This document shows positions 15,074 through 20,647 of a stretch of DNA of 20,647 nucleotides, piece by piece (position 1 is the first letter of the stretch; the number at the start of each line of letters is the position of its first letter). Location: IMG/VR virus record IMGVR_UViG_2585427793_000008, one strand, 5' to 3'. The translations under genes were made by a program, and so were the position numbers. Below the pieces are notes generated by a model. It did not search any database. It saw nothing but the letters and a program-made list of their open reading frames with translations, and had not been told where the DNA came from. Source of the stretch: a virus (Duplodnaviria; Heunggongvirae; Uroviricota; Caudoviricetes).

Positions 15074-15230
15074 AAAACTCCTTTGATGAAGATGAGAACT
15101 GCTTCATAAACTTTACTTTATCTTCAGGTGAAACTACCTGACGAATTAATGCGGAGATAGCAACTTTGTGCCAAATTAATTCTTTTTTGAGTTCTGAAAT
15201 CTCTTTTTCGAGTTGCTCTGCGTTAATCAT
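15003..15230 (-). CDS. Hypothetical helical protein, 75 aa
   Basis: ATG 15230..15228 preceded by GGAGG SD; MINAEQLEKEISELKKEL suggests coiled coil; convergent with plus-strand genes. Confidence 0.45.
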   Translation of the reverse strand: MINAEQLEKEISELKKELIWHKVAISALIRQVVSPEDKVKFMKQFSSSSKEFFTDEVHPEAGFWIRQLFSQDKRK

Positions 15231-15409
15231 TTATCCTCCATTGAGAGCTGAATCGAAAATGGGGACCAACACGCGGCTACGTTTGGTCGTGCGCCGGACA
15301 CGGATAAGCATCCGGTAACTGATTATCAATCATTGCGGAAACAGTCTCAATATGAAAACACTTCTGAGACTCGCTATATAGCAGGACATATAAGTCAGCT
15401 GAGGAAGCC

Positions 15410-15775
15410 ATGAAAAAGTTCGAAAACATAACTGTTCTCCATGTTGATGACTTTGATTATACAAACCCGGAACTTCTCCCGGAGGTTGTAAAGGCAATAG
15501 ATGTTGCCGATATAGTGATTAGAGGAAAGAGAATTGTCAAAAACAGGCTCGCATGCACTTCAGAAGCAATGACAGAAACAACCTCACAGCAAGATAATTA
15601 CGAAGGCATTTGTCTGGAGCCTGATTCATTTGCGGTAAATGTTTATCATTTATTGCATGCAACACAGGTATTACATATGTCCAGTAATCACGAAACGAAA
15701 ACACTCGGCAGCGAAATTCTGAATTTTGCATGTGAGTATGCAAAAACTGCTGCCGAAAAAGAATTAGCGCAATAA
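15410..15775 (+). CDS. Hypothetical protein, 121 aa
   Basis: ATG with GAGGAAG SD; no recognisable motif. Confidence 0.5.
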   Translation: MKKFENITVLHVDDFDYTNPELLPEVVKAIDVADIVIRGKRIVKNRLACTSEAMTETTSQQDNYEGICLEPDSFAVNVYHLLHATQVLHMSSNHETKTLGSEILNFACEYAKTAAEKELAQ

Positions 15776-15853
15776 CAACAAATATGCTCTGAACGTTTAT
15801 TGCGGTTTTATCGCCGGGGATTGTTACAATCTTAATCCACAGGAGGCTTTATT

Positions 15854-15973
15854 ATGACTTTTATAAAGAATATGGCATCACACAAGACCGCCTGTCTTAT
15901 TGCACAATACGGTGAAAATTACATGCATATTGCCTGCTTATTTCTGCGTAAAGCATACGGAAATAACAAATGA
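15854..15973 (+). CDS. Small ORF, 39 aa (MTFIKNMASHKTACLIAQYGENYMHIACLFLRKAYGNNK)
   Basis: AGGAGG SD 7 nt upstream of ATG; stop overlaps next gene start (ATGA). Hand-translated, below track cut-off. Confidence 0.3.
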   Translation: MTFIKNMASHKTACLIAQYGENYMHIACLFLRKAYGNNK

Positions 15974-16329
15974 CACATGAACCCATTAATACATATCGTC
16001 GCCGTATAGCTGTTGCAGCACTCCATCGAATAAAACGTAAAACAGGTGGTGATCTGCTTATTGTTGACCTTCTGGATGGGAACATTACGACCATAGAAAT
16101 AACAGAACAGTTTATAAACCAGTTGCTGTTGCGCTTTGAAGACATTACCAGTGGTGAATTGGGTCGAGTGGAGGGTGAAACAGAATTCCGAACTGCATAC
16201 CAGAATGCCATCGGGATTAATCAACATACTGAATACCAGGCTGAAACCGGAAAGTTAATTATAGACAACCTTTTACAAGAGGTTATTGATTACGCGAAAG
16301 AAAAATATATCAGCGGAGGAATTAACTGA
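15970..16329 (+). CDS. Hypothetical protein, 119 aa
   Basis: ATG overlaps upstream small ORF stop; no recognisable motif. Confidence 0.5.
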   Translation: MTHEPINTYRRRIAVAALHRIKRKTGGDLLIVDLLDGNITTIEITEQFINQLLLRFEDITSGELGRVEGETEFRTAYQNAIGINQHTEYQAETGKLIIDNLLQEVIDYAKEKYISGGIN

Positions 16330-16544
16330 TGGCTAATTTATCCCCTGTATCTGTTGTGCACGAAAAAGTGCAGATCGTTATGACAATTGAAAATGGCCTG
16401 GTAACAGATGTCTGCAAAGTCCGCGATGGAGAGCTGATTGCCAGCATGGATACATTCATATGGCTGGCAGAAAGAGCGGGGTATCAGATAACAGCACCTG
16501 CTCAGGAGGAAACCAGTGACATTAACAGCAACGCGAATTCCTGA
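16329..16544 (+). CDS. Hypothetical acidic protein, 71 aa
   Basis: ATG overlaps upstream stop (TGATG); part of a coupled gene string. Confidence 0.45.
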   Translation: MANLSPVSVVHEKVQIVMTIENGLVTDVCKVRDGELIASMDTFIWLAERAGYQITAPAQEETSDINSNANS

Positions 16545-16734
16545 GTGGGTCCACCAGCAGGCGTTGCTGGTCCTGCGGCGGTACAGATGCCGACGTATAT
16601 TCCCGCATCGGATACAGCGCAACGGATATCTCAGTCTGAAGGTTAACCGTCGCTGGCGGCTGTTATCGAAAGACGACGGCCGGAACTGGGAAGTAATGAG
16701 TCATGAACGTTATTCGGGAGAAATAAAGAAATGA
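16516..16734 (+). CDS. Hypothetical basic protein, 72 aa (GTG start)
   Basis: GTG 16516 preceded by AGGAGGA SD; Arg-rich. Confidence 0.4.
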   Translation: MTLTATRIPEWVHQQALLVLRRYRCRRIFPHRIQRNGYLSLKVNRRWRLLSKDDGRNWEVMSHERYSGEIKK

Positions 16735-17123
16735 TCGACAACCGCACCGCCAGCGCCATTGACCAGGCATTACAGAAACATGATACACCCGTCGGCCCGT
16801 TATTTTTTGTAACACATCACGGAAGAACAAAAAAATGCCTCACTCGAAAAACGGCAATTCGTTACCTGGCATTCTTTATGACCACCCGCGCTTTTGAACG
16901 TTCAGGATTCCGACAACGCCATCCTGACAAGCGTTTTATCTTCAACGGGAATGAAATATGGAAACGTGGAGAATCAACCACAGAGTACACCCGCGCACAC
17001 CAGCGAACAATCAGACGACTGCGCAGACTCATCGCCAGGAAACAGTATACAGAAAAATGGTTCAGAAAATATGACACATGGAGCGCCGGATATTACGAAC
17101 TGATGGCAACAAAACCATTCTGA
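16731..17123 (+). CDS. Hypothetical basic protein, 130 aa
   Basis: ATG overlaps upstream stop (ATGA); Arg/Lys-rich C-terminal half. Confidence 0.5.
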   Translation: MIDNRTASAIDQALQKHDTPVGPLFFVTHHGRTKKCLTRKTAIRYLAFFMTTRAFERSGFRQRHPDKRFIFNGNEIWKRGESTTEYTRAHQRTIRRLRRLIARKQYTEKWFRKYDTWSAGYYELMATKPF

Positions 17124-17183
17124 CGTAAACGAAATTAACCATGACGCAATTAAATAAGGCAAGCTGAATACAGCAGGAGGACC

Positions 17184-17372
17184 ATGAACATTTATTTCAG
17201 AATAGTTATATCACTGGCAATTATCGCATGTATTTACGGATTGCTCGTCCCGTTTCTGATATCAATGAAGGATACGGTAGCGGTGATTTCTGGCTTTGCA
17301 CTGACGTTTCTAACCCCGCCATGTATTTATACCATTTATAAGGGGCTTTCTTTCACTAAGGATAAAAGATGA
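17184..17372 (+). CDS. Small membrane protein, 62 aa, two predicted TM helices
   Basis: AGGAGG SD; hydrophobic IVISLAIIACIYGLLVPFLI and AVISGFALTFLTPPCIY; stop overlaps next gene start. Confidence 0.5.
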   Translation: MNIYFRIVISLAIIACIYGLLVPFLISMKDTVAVISGFALTFLTPPCIYTIYKGLSFTKDKR

Positions 17373-18196
17373 AAAAAATTATTTTTTCTTTAGCCATTGT
17401 TCTGCCTGCCATTGGCCTTGTCGGTTGTGATCGTGTTGAGCCTGGTAATGTGGGCATCAAAGTCAACAAACTTGGCGACGACAAAGGCGTCGGTGAAGTG
17501 GTCGGTGTTGGTCGCTACTGGACAGGCTGGAACACTGAAGTTTATATCTTCCCGACCTTTAAGCAGATGAAGACCTACGATGATCCATTCAGTTTCCAGA
17601 TGAGCGATGGAACAACCATTGGTTACCACATCGGAGTAGCCTACAAGGTTGATCCATCCAAAGTTACCACAGTCTTTCAGACCTACCGCAAAGGCGTGGA
17701 CGACATTACCGACACCGACCTGCGCCAGAAGATAGCCGACGCACTCAACCGACTGGCCAGCAAAATGACCACCGACAAATTTATCGACGGCGGCAAGTCT
17801 GAGCTGCTGGATGCAGCTCTTAAAGACATTCAGGAAGAAATGACGCCCATCGGTATTCAGGTAATAAGCCTCTCATATGTGGGTAAGCCGGAATACCCGC
17901 CTACTGTTATCGACAGCATTAATGCCAAAGTCACGGCGAACCAGAAAACTCTGCAACGCGAGCAGGAAGTAAAACAGCGCGAAGCGGAAGCCAACATGTT
18001 GCGCGCGGAAGCTGCCGGACAGGCTGATGCGATTCGCACAAAAGCCCAGGCTGAAGCCGATGCTATTCGTTTACGCGGTGAAGCTCTGCGTCAGAACCCC
18101 GGTGTTATGGAGCTGGAAGCCATCAATAAATGGAACGGCACGCTGCCGCAATACATGACCAGCGGTGCCAATACACCATTTATCCAGGTTAAATAA
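17369..18196 (+). CDS. SPFH/band-7 (prohibitin-like) domain lipoprotein, 275 aa
   Basis: Signal peptide with lipobox AIGLVGC; C-terminal Ala/Glu-rich coiled coil and RQNPGVMELEAI resemble prohibitin/HflK family C-termini. Confidence 0.75.
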   Translation: MKKIIFSLAIVLPAIGLVGCDRVEPGNVGIKVNKLGDDKGVGEVVGVGRYWTGWNTEVYIFPTFKQMKTYDDPFSFQMSDGTTIGYHIGVAYKVDPSKVTTVFQTYRKGVDDITDTDLRQKIADALNRLASKMTTDKFIDGGKSELLDAALKDIQEEMTPIGIQVISLSYVGKPEYPPTVIDSINAKVTANQKTLQREQEVKQREAEANMLRAEAAGQADAIRTKAQAEADAIRLRGEALRQNPGVMELEAINKWNGTLPQYMTSGANTPFIQVK

Positions 18197-18237
18197 CTTA
18201 ATATGCCCGGCAGGCCGTCGGGCTAAGGGAAAAGCAG

Positions 18238-18609
18238 ATGAACACTCATAATACTCAACCGCAAATAATGAACTATGACCCAAATCTGACGTCATGCGGA
18301 CGCATGGCGAAACAAACCATTCGATTAACTTTCGGGCTATGGGAATACCGCGAAACATTCGAAGTCACTGTTGGTGGCAACCTGACCGGACTCGATGTTA
18401 TCAGTTGCGCTATTGAAAGCCTGTACGCAACACTGCCTTATGAAGAAGTCGAGGATGAGCGTACAGGGGAAACAGATATCATGGCCACCATTAATATTAG
18501 CGAACTGATATGTCAGGATGAAGACCTGTCCGGAGAACTCTGGCTTGCCGGGATGCTTATCTCAGCAGAAATTATCAGTATTGAACCCGCTACAAACATA
18601 CGGCTCTGA
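18238..18609 (+). CDS. Hypothetical acidic protein, 123 aa
   Basis: AAGGGA SD; Glu/Asp-rich C-terminal half. Confidence 0.45.
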   Translation: MNTHNTQPQIMNYDPNLTSCGRMAKQTIRLTFGLWEYRETFEVTVGGNLTGLDVISCAIESLYATLPYEEVEDERTGETDIMATINISELICQDEDLSGELWLAGMLISAEIISIEPATNIRL

Positions 18610-18640
18610 AGTTCTCACTATTCAGAGAGCAGGAGAAAAA

Positions 18641-18883
18641 ATGTTCGCTTTGATTAATCAGGGACAACTGTATACCGACAGTGCCGGTTACCCGGTAATA
18701 ATTATTCGCTGCATAAACAACACTGTGTTGTACAGAAGAATTGATGGGCGAACACAGTCAGTAAAAATAAACGATTTCAATGAACTGTTTGAACGGATTG
18801 ATCACCAGGAATACCGACAAATTCTGGCAGAAACAGAGCAGGAAGCTCATCTGAAAAAATTACGGGCCATGAAAAGGAAGTAA
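18641..18883 (+). CDS. Hypothetical protein, 80 aa
   Basis: ATG 18641 with AGGAG SD; track ORF 18518..18883 extends upstream and overlaps the previous gene. Confidence 0.45.
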   Translation: MFALINQGQLYTDSAGYPVIIIRCINNTVLYRRIDGRTQSVKINDFNELFERIDHQEYRQILAETEQEAHLKKLRAMKRK

Positions 18884-18886
18884 AGA

Positions 18887-19033
18887 ATGAATAAAGCGTT
18901 TGAGCTATGGGTGCGCCAGCGTTACGGCAATCGCTATGACCTGACGCGAGATGTTGACGGCTTCTACTGTCGTGAAATTGTGAAACGAATGTTTGAAGTG
19001 TGGTGCCACTGCCGTGGGCTGAGTGTTGTGTGA
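18887..19033 (+). CDS. Small Cys-containing ORF, 48 aa
   Basis: AAGGAAG SD; hand-translated MNKAFELWVRQRYGNRYDLTRDVDGFYCREIVKRMFEVWCHCRGLSVV. Confidence 0.3.
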   Translation: MNKAFELWVRQRYGNRYDLTRDVDGFYCREIVKRMFEVWCHCRGLSVV

Positions 19034-19041
19034 GGTAATGC

Positions 19042-19278
19042 ATGGGCAATGTGATTCAACTGGCTCCCAATGAATGGGTTTGTGAAAGCGTTCTTATCGC
19101 AATTACCGGGCTCAAACCAGGCACAATTCTTCGGGCCCGGAAAGAATGCTGGATGGTTGGAAGAGAGTATATTCACGTATCACCAGACGGTAATCCAAAG
19201 CCTTCCAGTGAATGTATGTATAACAGAAAAGCAATAGATGCCTGGGTCGCCTCAATGAAAAACAAACAACCCAGGTGA
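19042..19278 (+). CDS. xis: Excisionase-like protein
   Basis: 78 aa directly upstream of integrase; ITGLKPGTILRARKECWMVGREYIHVSPDG resembles recalled enterobacterial excisionase family; GAGGT SD. Confidence 0.6.
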   Translation: MGNVIQLAPNEWVCESVLIAITGLKPGTILRARKECWMVGREYIHVSPDGNPKPSSECMYNRKAIDAWVASMKNKQPR

Positions 19279-19333
19279 TTTAATATCATGAAATATGTAA
19301 GCTCGTATCGCTCTTGGGCGTCTGGAGGTATCA

Positions 19334-20647
19334 ATGGATAAAGTCAAATATCCAACAGGCGTCGAAAACCACGGCGGCACATTACGCATCTGGTTTAATT
19401 TTAAAGGTAAACGTGTCAGGGAAAATCTTGGTGTCCCTGACACTGCCAAGAACAGGAAGATCGCCGGGGAACTGAGGACATCGGTATGTTTTGCCATCCG
19501 CACAGGAAGCTTTGATTATGCTGCACAGTTCCCTGACTCCCCCAACCTTCAGGCTTTTGGGGTAAGTAAAAAAGAAATTACGGTGAAGGAACTTGAAGAA
19601 AAGTGGCTGGATCTGAAACGAATGGAAATCTCTGCAAATGCATTCAATCGCTATGAATCCGTTGCAAGAACGATGGTTCCGAAAATTGGAGGCAGCAGAC
19701 TGGTGTCATCGGTAACCAAAGAGGAATTGCTGTATATCAGGAAAGATTTACTGACCGGGTATCAGAATTCAACGAAAAACAAAGCAGCAGCAAAAGGACG
19801 GAGCGTCGTTACTGTAAATTATTACATGACAACTATCGCTGGAATGTTTCAGTTTGCTGCAGATCACGGTTACTTAGAAGCAAATCCCTTCCAGGGAATT
19901 AAGCCTCTTAAAAGAGCCAGGGCAGAGCCAGATCCGCTAACTCGTGACGAATTTATTCGCCTGATAGATGCTTGCCGACATCAGCAGACGAAAAACCTGT
20001 GGTCATTGGCTGTGTACACAGGAATGCGTCACAGTGAACTGGTCTCCCTGGCCTGGGAAGATATCGATCTGAAAGCAGGAACTATTACTATCAGGCGCAA
20101 TTATACGAAACTCAGTGAGTTCACTCTACCTAAAACTGAAGCAAGTACAAACAGGGTTGTGCATCTTATCCAGCCCGCTATCAGTGTCCTGAAAAATCAG
20201 GCTGAAATGACAAGACTGGGTAAGCAGCACCACATCAAGGTTCAACTACGTGAATATGGGCGCTCAGTGAATCATGAATGTACTTTCGTATTTAACCCCC
20301 AGGTGGTTAGAAAAAGCAAACAGGTCGGTTTTATCTACAAGGTAGATTCTATTGGCGACTCATGGGAAACAGCCGTTAAGCGTGCGGGCATCAGGCACCG
20401 GAAAGCATACCAGTCACGACACACTTATGCGTGCTGGTCATTATCTGCCGGAGCAAACCCAAGCTTCATTGCCAGCCAGATGGGCCATGCAAGTGCCCAG
20501 ATGGTATTCAATGTATACGGAGCATGGATGACTGACAGTAATGCAGAACAGATCGCAATGCTGAATCAGAAGCTGGCAGATTATGTCCCAATGATGTCCC
20601 ATGGTCACCAAAGTGACACAAGAGACTTATTAAAATCAGTGGGTTAG
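19334..20647 (+). CDS. int: Tyrosine integrase (site-specific recombinase), 437 aa
   Basis: Arm-binding-type N-terminus; catalytic-domain motifs TGMRHSEL, HTYACW, MGHASAQMVFNVYGAW; GGAGGT SD; stop TAG at window end. Confidence 0.9.
   Translation: MDKVKYPTGVENHGGTLRIWFNFKGKRVRENLGVPDTAKNRKIAGELRTSVCFAIRTGSFDYAAQFPDSPNLQAFGVSKKEITVKELEEKWLDLKRMEISANAFNRYESVARTMVPKIGGSRLVSSVTKEELLYIRKDLLTGYQNSTKNKAAAKGRSVVTVNYYMTTIAGMFQFAADHGYLEANPFQGIKPLKRARAEPDPLTRDEFIRLIDACRHQQTKNLWSLAVYTGMRHSELVSLAWEDIDLKAGTITIRRNYTKLSEFTLPKTEASTNRVVHLIQPAISVLKNQAEMTRLGKQHHIKVQLREYGRSVNHECTFVFNPQVVRKSKQVGFIYKVDSIGDSWETAVKRAGIRHRKAYQSRHTYACWSLSAGANPSFIASQMGHASAQMVFNVYGAWMTDSNAEQIAMLNQKLADYVPMMSHGHQSDTRDLLKSVG

Larger units (their letters stand above)
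1..20647. mobile_element. Lambdoid prophage segment (lysis, late, Q, replication, immunity, early-left accessory, xis, int); att sites not within window
   Basis: Gene order and content: CI with S24 peptidase motif, Cro-like, Rha, DnaB/DnaC-like, RusA, Q-like, tRNAs, holin/endolysin, excisionase-like, tyrosine integrase at right edge. Confidence 0.85.

Overview
This window reads as about 20.6 kb of a lambdoid temperate prophage, probably enterobacterial, running from the lysis cassette (left, minus strand) to xis/int (right, plus strand). Minus-strand genes, from high to low coordinate: Cro-like and Rha-like regulators, a replication module (HTH initiator with internal iterons, DnaC-like loader, DnaB-type helicase), a DUF968/HNH-like protein, RusA, a Q-like antiterminator, then a terminator-punctuated late region (small ORF, orphan beta-class DNA methyltransferase, three-tRNA island, TerB-like gene plus small hydrophobic peptide) and a lysis cassette (holin, second membrane protein, M15 endolysin). 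Plus-strand genes: CI-type repressor (HTH + S24 peptidase), a terminator/promoter pair, a string of small translationally coupled accessory genes, a small membrane protein + SPFH lipoprotein pair, excisionase-like gene and tyrosine integrase. The strongest candidate for an accessory biological system is an AT-rich two-gene cassette directly downstream of Q (4285-6098): an ABC-type ATPase followed by a small TOPRIM-like protein, resembling split OLD-family defence pairs (AbiL, PARIS). Other candidate cargo: a module downstream of cI, the SPFH pair, and the TerB-like gene at the Stx-equivalent locus. All calls rest on manual reading of motifs, start/stop context and hairpins; no database search or computation was run, so family names are recollection-based hypotheses.
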